Assembly (NCBI GenBank): GCA_040954595.2
Contig: CM082589.2
Coordinates: forward strand, 6,259,186 to 6,323,185
Source of the DNA: Balanoglossus misakiensis
Lineage: Eukaryota > Animalia > Hemichordata
Length of the DNA stretch: 64,000 nt
Direction: 5' to 3'
In this document: positions 51,601-64,000 of the stretch, one piece after another
How the letters are laid out: every line of letters begins with the position of its first letter
Position numbering within the stretch: position 1 is the first letter of the stretch
Made by a program: the position numbers and the translations under genes
Notes under the pieces: generated by a model
The model's database searches: none
The model's input: only the letters and a program-made list of their open reading frames with translations
What the model was told of the DNA's origin: nothing

Positions 51601-54600
51601 GTTTTTTTTTTTTTTTTCGTTTTCCAGTCACTGAAAATCTGTGATTGGCAACATTTGAATTAGTGACCGTATATATTTTCATCATTGATCATGGGGATAC
51701 TACACAGTACGGTATACCCATGCATTGACCGAGAAACTGTAATGTCTTTTGCACAATAGACGACGCAGGTCATTTGCATATACTGCGGGGCTTTTGTATA
51801 AGCTGGCACTGAGGTCGCCAATGCAATTATCACTTTCAATTATCACCTGTCTTGGGATGCATAAACAGATACGCGGCAAGATGAACGATCACCCACAGTC
51901 CATATTTGGACATCATCTGCATATATGCACGTGTCAGAGAAAACAGCAGTATACAGTACACAGTCGCTTTGCATTCACCCTGCAGACCCAGCAGCATGGC
52001 CAATACAAGCTTTGGCTTTTCACAGGGAGAACTCCGTCGTAGAAATTGTATCCACCCCCAATAGAATACTGGCATCCTATTCCTCACTTCTTACTGGGTA
52101 AGGCACATGTACCTCAACAGTAAAACTGAGCACGAAAATTATGACGACGCCAGCCAATATACTAGTATTTTGTGCTACCTCAAATTATCTCCAGATCGCA
52201 AGATGATATAGCTGGTTTACTATAGCGATGAGCTTGTTAGCCTTTTCTTCACTTCCGCCCATCTCGGTCTGATTGATTTACCTCGTAAATTCTCATAGAA
52301 GAGAGCTCCGAGCGAAGTCATGGTTGCCTACTGGACTGAACTTGAATGCCTCCTCGCAATAACCAAAAGTCATATCCTATAGTTGCAGCACTGAGATATT
52401 TGAATCCAGGAAGCTCTCCCCATTCATCAATTTCATCGTGCATGCGAGACATCCGACGTATTAGTGCACGACTGTGTATATTCCTATTTTTTCCGGTTCA
52501 TATACATTGCAGGCAAAGAGCGGCCTTCAATCAATGTCAAGTTAAACCGTCCCGCCAAATTGGATGTTTTGTAGACCAAGCTCATTGCCCCACTTTCGAC
52601 ACACGGGACAGTTTACATTAAGTCGTCTGGGATACAAGTCTGGTCTCTCTCTCCCTTGACTTTATTGCGATAATTAAGAATTTTGAAGCTCTCTGTCTGT
52701 CTGTCTTCCTCTCTCTCTGTCTCTCTCTACTCTCGCCCTGAAGTTGAGTTTTAGACACTAGTGGAAGACTATCGAACATCCCCGATGTCGTGAAGCTCAA
52801 ATGTCGAAGAAGAGAGGGATTGTATACTTGAGCGCCACAAGTAAATGAAATACCCAATATTTATCCCAATAAACGTAGAAATGACCTTAAATGTGCCGAG
52901 AAAATAAAATAATCCAACGGCCAGCTCTCAAGCTCTCACTCTTTTCGCTCAGCGCCGAATCATTAATTTAGAGATTAATACCACTTTCAAAAACTCAGTT
53001 TATGCTTAAAAACACGAGGTGTTATCATCCTAGTAGTGAGAATATTTCAGTTAAATTGTTATACCCTACTCTTGGTCTCCCAGGACAGTTCTGTGAGGGA
53101 TAGACAGATACCGGATGAAAATATTAAAACCACGACAAATTGGGTTTTGCTTTATCTCTGCTATTAGCGCATTATCAACTGTACATCGACCCCTCCCTTG
53201 AGAGGTGTACGCGTAAGTCAACAACCCTATAATCACTTTATTCACAACGAACATGCAATGATATGGATCGCTCGAAGAAAGAGATTGAAACGAAAAGTAC
53301 TAGAGCGGATGAAACGAGTGATTTCTCGCTGGAGTGGTTGGCATATCCCCGGGGTTGGGAAACGTCGAGAAAAAAAGATTTGCGTATACTAGTATATATG
53401 CAGCGTCCTCGGTCCCCATTCCTGTATGTCGGTAGCTGTATGCTAATTTGATTTGTATAGTGATCAGTTTGGGCAGTTTGACCCCCACGATTTGACATTC
53501 GTTATAGGCGTATTTCATCTGGTGGCCGTGATTCCCACGAGGAACGAAACAGCACCAAATATTATTACGGCCACTTCAGTTCCCGCCAAACTGGCTTACG
53601 TTATAACTGGAACAGTTTTCCCGCAAGATTTTAAACGCACAGTCATTTAACCATGTATGGGGCGGGACGAAACAGCCTCATTCAAATGTGGTGCATAATA
53701 TCAAACTAAAATGTTAAGCGTTTTCCAAGAACGTGCGAAAGAGTGTGTACACGCTATAATAAGTTAGGTATATGGCAGAAAAAATAGTGACTATTTTGTT
53801 GAAAAGGGTCACCGTGAAACATAGAAACATATATAACGCCATCCTGATGGTTTTTTTTTTCATTTATAAGTTTCGGGTTTGTGATTTCCTTGTATATGCA
53901 TACCGACCGCCGTGAGCATTATACGAACACCTTTAGAGCGTACAGTTCTGACAAATGTACATGTATTAGGTTCTCTGTGTAATCGGCACGTCCGCTGCGC
54001 TCGCGTTCATCCCGTTTCTTCGCACCTGGAACGGTTGTTTTTCAACAGAACTATTTCCAGGGAATACTGTTGATACTACAACGCTGCATGTTGTGCGGTT
54101 TAGTCGCCTCGAGACATCGGTGAAACAAGCGAAAGTGAACTTGTCAGTTAGTTCGCTGTGTCCCAGTTCAGATGTACTTTCTAATTCTCCGAACTGAGTG
54201 GTTACCAGGACGACGGCGCGTGAAGAGAAAACCACAAGGATAATGACAAAATCTAAAACAACCTGTTGGATCGCAAACAACGCTATTTGCGATGTTCAAT
54301 TAAGGATTGGCCTGATGTTTCGATGAAGTTGTTTACCCATCTGAAAGTAATTTTTCATCAATTCGTATAACATTTCTCTTTAGTTATCAAATGCAACCTT
54401 GAACGCCTAAAATTAGATGTCCTGTGGGCCCGCACAGTTTTGCTGAACGATTTCATGCAGGAGCTAATTTACTTAGCCCCAGCAAATATGTTCGTCAATC
54501 TAGCACAAGGTTGAATGGATATGCGAGTGTTTGTTTGTCATATCATAGAGCGCATGACACCAGAAATGAAACATCCGTGATTTTGGGATTTTGCCTATTT

Positions 54601-56599
54601 CCCCCCGAGCGTTAACTCAAATTATAGTTTACTTGTCTGCATTTCACGATGCGATCTACGTCAATCTGGTTGAGCCGAAGTTTTCCAGCTCCGATCTTTC
54701 AAAAGTAAAGTGGACGGTTGTATTCCCGAGATGACGTATTTAATGCAGTGCCAATTTTCATCAAGATGTATTCATCAAAACAAGATACTCTTGGCAACGG
54801 TATAGCCGTATGTTAAGATATAAGTATTTTGTTCTGGTCATGACGTCCACGAATCGGTATATCACGCTCAGACCTTCTGGGAAAGTTCTCAGCAAGGAAT
54901 TGATTTGACATTTTCTTCAGCTTATAAAATAACCTGGGAGTTGTGATGTGATTACAAAACAGTAGGAATCAGAGATGATGTCAAGGTTCTTTAAATCCGC
55001 GGTCTAATTCAAGTTCAAGGCCGCATAAAGAACTCTATTCTCTCGGCGCCTAACAAATTTGACAAGTTGTTCTCTTCCGTTTAAACCCCAGAGACTTTAC
55101 AGATTCTGAAAAGGCCACCCCTGCCTGGTGACGTCACGCGTTTGTATATACGTACGTACGTTCAAGGCATGTAAGGTTTCAATTGTCACCGGTCTATGAA
55201 ACTTGTATTTATGAATATTTCTTGCGGAGGCATTCTTAGCTCACGTTTAAAGTTCACTCTTTTGGACAAAGGTGTCTTAGTACTGGGATCGGTCGAGCCT
55301 GAAAAACATAATTGCGAATTTTAGTCGTTGTCAAATGACATTTTTAAAGTTCGCAATAGTGTTTCAAGCGTGGCACCTCGACAGGTCCCATGTATTTTGA
55401 CAACAACTAAAAACGTTGTAGTATTGTTATTCGGATATTCGATAGAAGAAGGACAAAAACACGGTTTTTTGTCAGAGAGGCGAAACGGTGTTATTAGCGA
55501 TATCATTTTTTTCGATATTCTACTGAAATTACTCTGTTGGTCTCTGAGACGCCCGAAGCTGCATGGCAACGACAGTATCTTGCAAAACAACTGAAATCAA
55601 ATATTGAGTATTACCTTTAGTGTTTCGGGGGAAATACGTCGTTGTGGACTGGTATCTTAATTGGACATCTTACCCTGGGAGCTTAAAGTCCGGAAAGATA
55701 GGCGGCCCTTAAGTGCTGAGTATACGTGCATGTGCGTGTGGCGAAATGCTCACCGCTGCCTATGCACTATAGGGTCGTCGATCGTTGACTTATTACTCAT
55801 CATTCCCTTGGGATACCTTGAGCATCTGTTAATCAGATGTCATCAATTATTCAACTTTCCCAGGGAAAGTTTAAAATATTAAGGGAATATCGAAGGACTC
55901 GGAGCCATCGCAGGCGTCGTATGTCGGGGTTTCAAACACGCTCTTCTATATACAGTCAATGCCTTAGGGTTTCGTGCTTTGTGACTTGTAGACCTCTGAT
56001 GTCTTGCAAAACATTTCAAAGTCTCCAAACCCACTTAATTGTAACCATTTGTGGCGCTTTTGCAAAAAATGTGTGCATCATAGCAAAGAACACACCCAGA
56101 ATCCCTCCATTTTGTGAAGTTCCCATCTTGTTTGAGATCCCGCATGGCCGCACGCTGAATCCTGAAATGACGGAGTGGGTTAATAACGCTGTCGGTCTTA
56201 CGGACAAGTTAAGCCAAATCGTACTAATTGCCATGAGTACAGTCCTGTGAATTATTTTCTTAAATTTGGATGGACTCGGTGTACATTTGGGTCAGTGGAA
56301 AGGATTTCAAACCAACCTATGATTTGTTTCGGCGTTCCTGCGCCATCAGATCATTTGTCCAGTATGTCTTGTCCTATGCACGTTTTGGTGCCAAATCATC
56401 AGAGAGTCAAAGTAAAAGATAACGCGTCTCTCGGAAACTTTCTGTCGATATAAAATTCTCAAGTGGGATCTTTTGTATCATAAAAACCATCGCGATATGA
56501 AATGTCAAAAAGTGACCTTAATCAAATGTCAAGTTCTACATTAATTCACGAGTGCGCATATTTGCTGAAACTCTACATCTGCGAAACGCAAACTGATTG

Positions 56600-56825
56600 C
56601 TCGCCAATCGCAGTGCAGCGCATGCCAATTAAGTGGTCATGACGTCACTATACTAGTGTGCCCCTCCCAAACGCGGTGCTAAACACTATATAGTCACCCG
56701 ACTGTGATGACCGTACTAATCCAGAAGTCGAAATCCCGAGGAGAGCGAGGGCTTCGATTCGCGAGCGGCGACGTGAGACACCACTCGGCGGCATTCATCT
56801 CGTAAACAGTCGAGGTATAACAGGT
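56600..56825 (+). promoter_or_regulatory. Candidate promoter and first exon upstream of the class A GPCR
   Basis: Two CCAAT boxes (about 56604 and 56625), CRE TGACGTCA at 56640-56647, TATA-like ctatata at about 56686, CpG-rich tract and possible donors at 56814 and 56823. Confidence 0.42.
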
Positions 56826-56978
56826 GCCTTTTCTTGCCATAAGTTACGCACGAGGGTAACACAGGAGAATGGACGTCTATTCTTGTAACGGTTAACTTTG
56901 AACGCGACGGTTGAAGTCACTTTAATTTACATCACCTTCTAACGAGACGGAATTAACACGTTTCTTTTTTCCCTTTAG

Positions 56979-57054
56979 TCGGCCGGTGAAAATACTGCCA
57001 ACGAAGCGACAACGACCCATGACATGCCGATATCAGATAAAGCCAGATTCATGT
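56979..57054 (+). other. Candidate non-coding 5' UTR exon of the class A GPCR
   Basis: Strong acceptor tttcttttttccctttag and donor gtaagt. A strong unpaired acceptor (long T tract, ttctag at 61262) sits just before the GPCR ATG. Confidence 0.5.
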
Positions 57055-60004
57055 GTAAGTGGTAAAATTCTTTGTCAGATTTAATATTTAGTCAACTTAG
57101 AGAATTTGACGGTTATTCAGGTAAACTATGCGGAGGGTAACATATGGTCATCTCTACACGGACGCTGAGGCTTTGCTTACTGTGACTAAACGCGGAGGAT
57201 AAGCGGATAAGCCACAAAAACAGACTGTGTTCATACACTGCTTTTTATAGGGTATTGTTTTGAGAAATATAGGCCGACACAAACAGTTATGTACACAGTC
57301 AATTTGTCAAGTTGCTGATAAAAAACAAAATGGGATATAACGGCAAGCTCCGGTCGCCACGTTTATCATTACTATAATTTGATGGTTCAAATGAGTGACA
57401 TTTATATGGAGATCTGTGAAAAAAGTGGATTGGTCTGTCGTAACATGTGCAAAAAACTCAAACAAGTTTTGCCACTTGAAAAGAAACTACTGTTTGTAAT
57501 GAAACATGAGTACGTGGCTGCTGCGTACTGCAAACAGAACGACAATGGACATAAATCCAAGGGACATTTATGGCAAGCCGCTATTGGAATGCTTCATCAC
57601 GCTCGTATACCAAATCTCAGTCCCTGGAGTGCATTGTGAACACAACTTGGAGGTGGTTTCATCTATAGGAAATTCCATCCTGTCCATCAAAATACAGCAT
57701 CTGTCAGACCATAAGCAAATTGAAAATTTAACCTTGCGCATATACTTATATAAGACAATGTATTGTTGAGATAATATCTACAATACCATGAGTTACGGCG
57801 GATGAATATTATTTAAATCAATGTGAAGTGGATTCCATGCTGGTGTCCCAAGTTGAGCTGCGCGCGGTAAACATCCCGCATTTTAATGAATTTAGAAAAA
57901 AAGGACGTCAACCATATCCATGCAAAGGTGCATGGAGGAAAGGTTTGGTCGTTTATCTTCACTTATGATATAGTATGAAATCAAAAATAGCTCCGGGTTA
58001 TTTTGCGAACAAGGGGTGATTTTGCGGACCCGCGCTCCTCGTCAGCAGCAAGTTTCCGTTCAAAACAACGGACGCCTCGCGTTACTTTTGATGTACGAGC
58101 GTGCAACAAATACGCGCTATGTTATTTTCCTGGATGATTCTTTATAAATATGAGAACATGTTTCAGGCAAGGCGAATTCACATCACGAATAACAATCATA
58201 TTCACAAGTACACTGACTCCAAACGGAACATCAAGGAGGGCCGTTGGAGCCAATTTCCTCTCACCTCGAGAGGTATTAGATTTCATTAAGAAAACCCAGG
58301 AAGTTTCTACAGTGATTTTTCTTGTGGGTGATTTGATTAGAGACACAGCCTTGAACACTTCACAACAATACTTGTATACACGTGTATGTTCAGTGCAAGA
58401 TATGTGTACAACTAGGCTTTTTCTTACCACGTACCTCTACTGCCAATCACCGTGAACTGGAAGCGAAGTGTGTAATCAGCAAGCCACGTTGCAATATTTA
58501 TCCATTATACGGCAAGTGCTAAAACAGTCTATTTTGGAGTTTCAAATATTTGGCCATTAATTCGCAATGAATACTTAACCATGCGTGAAAGTGCTATCAT
58601 ACGGCAGCGCCGTTGCAGAAGCGTGTTGTGGTGAGACCGCTGCTAACATGTGAAGGCGTTGCTAGTGTTAATTAACCTGGCTTATTCTAGTCTTTTATTG
58701 ATTTTTCATTCTCGCTAATGTGATTAGGTAATTGCAGTAGCGAGTTTATTAACGACGGATTTCTGTTCAGCGTTTATTGACAGGTTCCATTTCACAACTA
58801 TATTACATACAGTAAAGCTTGTATGAGTTTTCCTAAGTCGTAGTGTGATCGACGTACGTGTATTGACATTTAGCGAATGGCATCGAAAAGTGTCTAGAAA
58901 GTTCTTAATTGCTCTTATCCCTAACTCTTAATCCACCACGAGAGACTCGAACTTATAGGGGTGGGTACACTTAAACCCATATTACTCGATAACTAAGTTT
59001 AGACAGGAATTGTCCATATTTGTTAGTGTAATGCTATTAAGCCGTTCGCAGTGACATTCTTAATAACTTTGCTTAGATATGGCACAATGTAAACTTAATT
59101 TAATACAATATATTAATGGTTTAGTCATTTGGGTCTGTCAGTTATACTGAATACGTTTGCTTTGTTCCCAATGTTAAGTGCATGTACAATGAAAACCTCT
59201 CCTATTTGACATATTACTGTATATCCGGATAATATGACTAATTTTGCCAAACCTTTAACACGGCCCATATCGTTTCAATGTTTCACCCAGTAAGGAAGAT
59301 TGCACATTTTGCTGCATCACAAATAAAGGGATTGGCTTTTTACACCCATAATCTTTAATACAGACATTTTTCCCTGAAATTGTAGGCCCGATAAAAGGTA
59401 TCAACATTACTTTAGTCGTCAAATCTACACGTACGCAGAGCACACTAAAAGTGTTGAAGTCCACCGCAGTAGCGTATAAGTCCTATCGGTAAATCTATAG
59501 GAGCGAGCGTATGAGTGTCTAACTCTGTACACGGCACTGCAGTACATCATCATCATCATTATCATCTATTGCCAGTAACGTTAACTTGAAAAAATCAACG
59601 TGTGCATAGGTTATAACTGCAGCCTCCGCGGTCAGGATGTCTCCCCATCCCAACTTATTTCAATCTACTATCAAGTATCACATAAATTATGCATATACGT
59701 AGCGTCACAAAATCGTATGTCGTGACTTGGCGTTATCTTGGCTAATCCCATTTTTTCATATAGCGGCATCCGTTTGCATTTGACATTTCAAGAAAATAAT
59801 GAAATCGCTGGCGGTCAGATTTTAAGGTATTAAGTTCTAGTATTCTGCCTTTCTGAGATGAATAAACGAGGTGGATTGTTAGTATTCAGCGTAGTTCTTC
59901 CGTCAGACCCCACAGCACATGGTCGTATGGGTTTTTTATAGGCGTGTTGAAAAATCTTCTGTCGTATCTTCTTACTAGTATTAAACCTGTGAAAGTTGGG
60001 CTAA

Positions 60005-60155
60005 TCTGTCTATCTGTCTATCTGTCTATCTGTCTGTCTGTCTGTCTGTCTCTCTGTCTGTCTCTCTGTATAGTATATATTGTATAGTATCCATCCATCC
60101 ATCCATCCATCCATCCAGCCAGCCAGCCAGCCAGCCAGCAACCCATCTATCCATC
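60005..60155. repeat. Compound (TCTG/TCTA)-(TCCA)-(GCCA) microsatellite
   Basis: Adjacent tetranucleotide tracts. Confidence 0.9.
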
Positions 60156-61333
60156 TCCCCTTCTTGTTCTGTAGAGGCTACCCTTTTAGGCGTAATATAA
60201 TACATCCGATAATACCTGCATGCTTCTCAATGAATATAACTATGCTAATCATCCCCAACTGAATGGCGTGTGGGTGACGCAGTGCGTTCTCGTTTTCAGT
60301 ATATCAAATGACAAGACATTTTGTGTCAACATTTCTTACTTCCATGATATGTAGGATTTTTAAATAGAAGCTTATGATCCACGAACAAAGCTGCAATCGG
60401 AGCTCAGTCGCTTAGAACTTAATCACAGTGTCTAATGTCATCAGAGTAAGTATCAGTCTGAGAGAAGAGTGCTTTACTAAGAGACGTGAATAAGACACTT
60501 TTCAAGTATCATATTGGCGTGTGGTATCGACAAACGCATGAACTGGATTTTGGCGCGTGAAATGCACTAGATATTCGATACTTTATTATTTAATTAGGCG
60601 GCACCATACTTTTCGTGGTATACATATGGCAGGCTATTTTCTATAGATAGCGCCAACTTAACGGTGTTAGTGAAATCATTGAAAGCCAATTACACATGTT
60701 TCCTGTGTGGATCTCGAATCCCCCTCTCGGAAGGGGAAACAAAATAACAGCGAATTATTACTAGACAAAATTGATGGGTTCTGTTATACGTCTGCAAAGG
60801 GAATTCTCTGGCTATAGGCTTTATCAATTAAGGACACCATAAAGGCGTATATTCAGCATTCAGGAAATATTCTGTATGTTGGAGTTCCCACGTTGTGTTT
60901 GAAATAAACATTACAAAAAGTGAATTCTATTGAATTTGATGGCTCAATCGAAAAGTGATCGTATACAGCAGTGAATGCGGATTGGAGTTGCATGACTTAT
61001 AAAATTCAAAACGTGATGTTTTAAATAAAAAATATCGATCTATTTCTGAGCAAATTATAGAAATGTTCGTATATTCAAAGTTCTGAAGTGTGGTGTATGT
61101 CGGAATTCCCACGATGTCATTGATGAAATATGTATGACTTGGTTTCGAAAAATGAAGGAAAGAAAGAACGAAAGAAATGTATATCAGATGATGTTGTCAA
61201 ACTGCATTATGGGCATCTTCTAATCTCGTCTCATATTCTTTTTATTTTTGATTTATTTCTAGAACTGAGAAAACACTCTGAAACTCGGTGACAATTCTTG
61301 TTCTCATTGTGTGCGCCTTCAACGATAGTAAAC

Positions 61334-62359
61334 ATGAATTCGACAACACTGAATGTAACATCAACGGACGAGTCAGCGCCCTCCGTCGACTGGGTGAAAA
61401 CTACCGAGCTCGCTCTGGGAATAGTGGGAAGCATCGGCAACCTCTTGGTCTGTATCACTGTGCTGGGCAGCAAGTACATGAAGGCCATGACGAATTACTT
61501 CATCCTGAGCCTAGCGGTGGCAGACTGTTGGACGTCGCTGCTGCTGATCTTCAACCGCTACTTGTTGAGCGCCGTCAACGTGGCGTACCCGCCGGGGCTG
61601 GCGGGCGTGCTGTACTGCCGCGTCTGGGAGAGCCAGTTGTTGTTCTGGGTGGGCATCAAGTGCTCCGTATTCAACCTGGTGGCCGTCACGCTGGAGCGAT
61701 ACTTCGCCATCGTGCACCCGTTCGTGTACCAGCAGAAGTTCACCACTAAGACGGCGGCGATCATGATCTCCAGCACGTGGATCGTGTCGTTCTTCTCCGA
61801 GCTGCCGTTCGTGTTTTTCCACGACTTGGTACCGGTCGACGGTGGTGGTGCGCGCGTGTGCCAGTTCTCGTGGCCCAGCAACGCGGTCAGCGTCGTCGTC
61901 GGCGTGGTGAGTTTCCTGTCCACGTACTTCATCCCCATCATCATCATGTTCTGGTGTTACTTCAAGATCGTCCGAAGTCTCCACAGGAACGCGAAGCAGC
62001 TCTCCGCCACCACGGGCCCGTCCACCAACGAATTCGGCCCGGCGGCCACCCTGCTCAAGGCCAGGAAGAGAATCATACGCGTCCTCCTATTGGTCATGAT
62101 GGCCTTCACTGTCTGCTGGACGCCCAATCAGTTTCTCTTCCTGGCGTTCAACTTCGGCGCCCCGATCGTCTACGGCAGCATATACTACAGCTTCTTCGTG
62201 CTCCTGGCGTTCTCGAACTCCGTCATCAACCCCATAATCTACGCCTTCAAGTACAAACAGTTCAGGCGGGGCATTTGCCAGGTGTTCTGTCCTCGTTGGT
62301 CGCGCCTCAACCAGGTGAACGATAGCTCCCTGGTTGCCACAACATCAGTGCCACCATAA
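61334..62359 (+). CDS. Rhodopsin-class (class A) GPCR, galanin/allatostatin-A-like peptide receptor type, intronless CDS, 341 aa
   Basis: aacATG start. N-terminal N-glycosylation sites (NST, NVT), GN in TM1, SLAVAD in TM2, LERY in TM3, CWTP in TM6, NPIIY in TM7; seven hydrophobic segments. The ligand cannot be assigned from sequence alone. Confidence 0.95.
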   Translation: MNSTTLNVTSTDESAPSVDWVKTTELALGIVGSIGNLLVCITVLGSKYMKAMTNYFILSLAVADCWTSLLLIFNRYLLSAVNVAYPPGLAGVLYCRVWESQLLFWVGIKCSVFNLVAVTLERYFAIVHPFVYQQKFTTKTAAIMISSTWIVSFFSELPFVFFHDLVPVDGGGARVCQFSWPSNAVSVVVGVVSFLSTYFIPIIIMFWCYFKIVRSLHRNAKQLSATTGPSTNEFGPAATLLKARKRIIRVLLLVMMAFTVCWTPNQFLFLAFNFGAPIVYGSIYYSFFVLLAFSNSVINPIIYAFKYKQFRRGICQVFCPRWSRLNQVNDSSLVATTSVPP

Positions 62360-63741
62360 CACGACTGTCAGAACGCCGTGACGATTACCGCCCTCTTAAG
62401 GCGAAAATCGAAAGTAAAGTTGTACAATCATCCATTAATAACAGTCTGCCTCGAATGAGTTAAGAGACTACCTCTAACACTAACAATTTCTGGGATCGAA
62501 TAACTCTTTGTGGAGAAACCTCAAAAAATCAGGTAAAACCCAAAACAAAATTTTTCGAAAACGTAGTTCGACCATAGGAACACACACATGAGTTGAGAAT
62601 ATTATTAATTTTCACAACTTTCAAGGGCTTTCCAAGGTCACGTGAGACGTGTAAACCGGCGGGGATGTCTTGATTTGTTGATACCTGTTTTTGTAGCCAT
62701 TTACCGCTTAATAAATTGCACTTTTGTGTTATATGACGTATAACACGGATATCAGCTTTTGAATAGGTGTATATTTTATAAGGATATATCTACATAAATT
62801 ATATATTCCTGCATTATGTATTTATTTATTCTTTTATGAGATATTTGAATTGATAACCTGGAGCAAATATCCGTGAATGATATGACACCCCAACACGTGT
62901 ACTTTGTAGATAAGTTTTAATCTCGCTCAATACTGCACCACAATCGCTGTATCTTGTCACTGCGATAGTTATGTTTTGTGACTAGTGCAAATGCTCCTAA
63001 CAATTAGCTTACAAAGGACATGATCCTTTGTTCAATGTAACTACCTCACGTCGTTTTATCAGTATCACGGATCGTAAGGTGATTCAAATGAATTTTCAGA
63101 AGAAAAAGTGCACAATTTAACGTATATATGTATTTATATATTTCTGTGTTTTTTTATCACGCCAACCGTAATGGAAATTCTTGCCGATGAATGTTTGAAC
63201 AGTTTGTAGGCTTTACATGACCACAGAGGGGAGACTCGTACTCTTATATGTTGTAGGCCACCCTGACTAAAATCATTCGTAGAATTTGTCTTTCTGTGCC
63301 GTCACGTGTCTTAGACAGCTCGAGGACAGAAGAGGCCTAGCCAGGGTAGTGGGGAGATGTACCACCCGAATGGACCCATTTAGCAATTTTTATCTTGGAG
63401 TGCGTAGTTCTTAAAGTTGGGATCTGGTTTAGAAGCAGACCCTGTTTTTATTCATTCGCGCGAAACGCGAAAGTACGGAAGCTCATTGATGCCAATCGGT
63501 AACAAAAAAATCTAGTAATTACGATTCTGTGGTTTGTTTTGTCATGATTTGATTATTATTGCAGATAAATATGTGTTGTTTGCATTACTATATCTTGTTT
63601 TGTGATATATGTAATATATTAAAATACCGCAGTAAGTAAAGCTATACGTTATATTGATATAAATATGAATAAAGAAAAATGTATGTTTATTATTCTGACT
63701 TTTTATGTATAGTTTTGTTGCCTCGACATCTTACACTCATT

Positions 63742-63767
63742 CCACCACCACCACCACCACCACCACC

Positions 63768-63844
<77 letters not shown>
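63742..63844. repeat. Compound (CCA)n-(TCA)n microsatellite
   Basis: Adjacent trinucleotide tracts. Confidence 0.97.
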
Positions 63845-64000
63845 TGTCACGATATGATTTACATGGTCACCGGTCTGTACAGTGACGACTTTCTGTTTTT
63901 GAATTCTGTTTTGTGAACGACAGTTCTGTGAATTTACATGACACAAGCACATGGTGTTTACAAGTTATAGTAGGTAACTGAGCGGGTTATTAACATGTTG

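Noticed and set aside
61298-61333. N-terminal extension from the TTG start in the ORF track
   Set aside because: This is a bacterial-style start call; the first ATG in good context is at 61334.
61288-62325. Long alternative-frame and antisense ORFs overlapping the GPCR
   Set aside because: They are shadows of GC3-rich coding sequence and have no recognisable domains.

Overview
Eukaryotic, AT-rich genomic DNA with spliceosomal introns and plentiful CpG. By inference it comes from a marine invertebrate deuterostome (hemichordate, echinoderm or amphioxus type); it is not prokaryotic, so most of the supplied ORF track is noise. I reconstructed three + strand protein-coding genes by hand. (1) A 20-exon adhesion GPCR (22352-37606, about 907 aa) with LamG/pentraxin, GAIN/GPS and 7TM domains, ADGRD/GPR133-like; a probable extra first coding exon lies at 13955-13984. 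(2) A 6-exon RidA/HRSP12 enamine/imine deaminase (40652-42034, 134 aa) whose first intron needs a GC donor. (3) A rhodopsin-class peptide-receptor-like GPCR with an intronless CDS (61334-62359, 341 aa) and candidate upstream non-coding exons. The remainder is introns and intergenic DNA with microsatellites, MITE-like inverted-repeat elements and a short LTR-like tandem element. The most notable non-gene signal is a strong excess of TACATGTA. An internal comparison at 47.3-47.6 kb shows TA in some repeat units and TACATGTA in others, as expected of Tc1/mariner-type excision footprints. I found no convincing wholly new multi-gene system. All counts were made by eye and no database searches were run.
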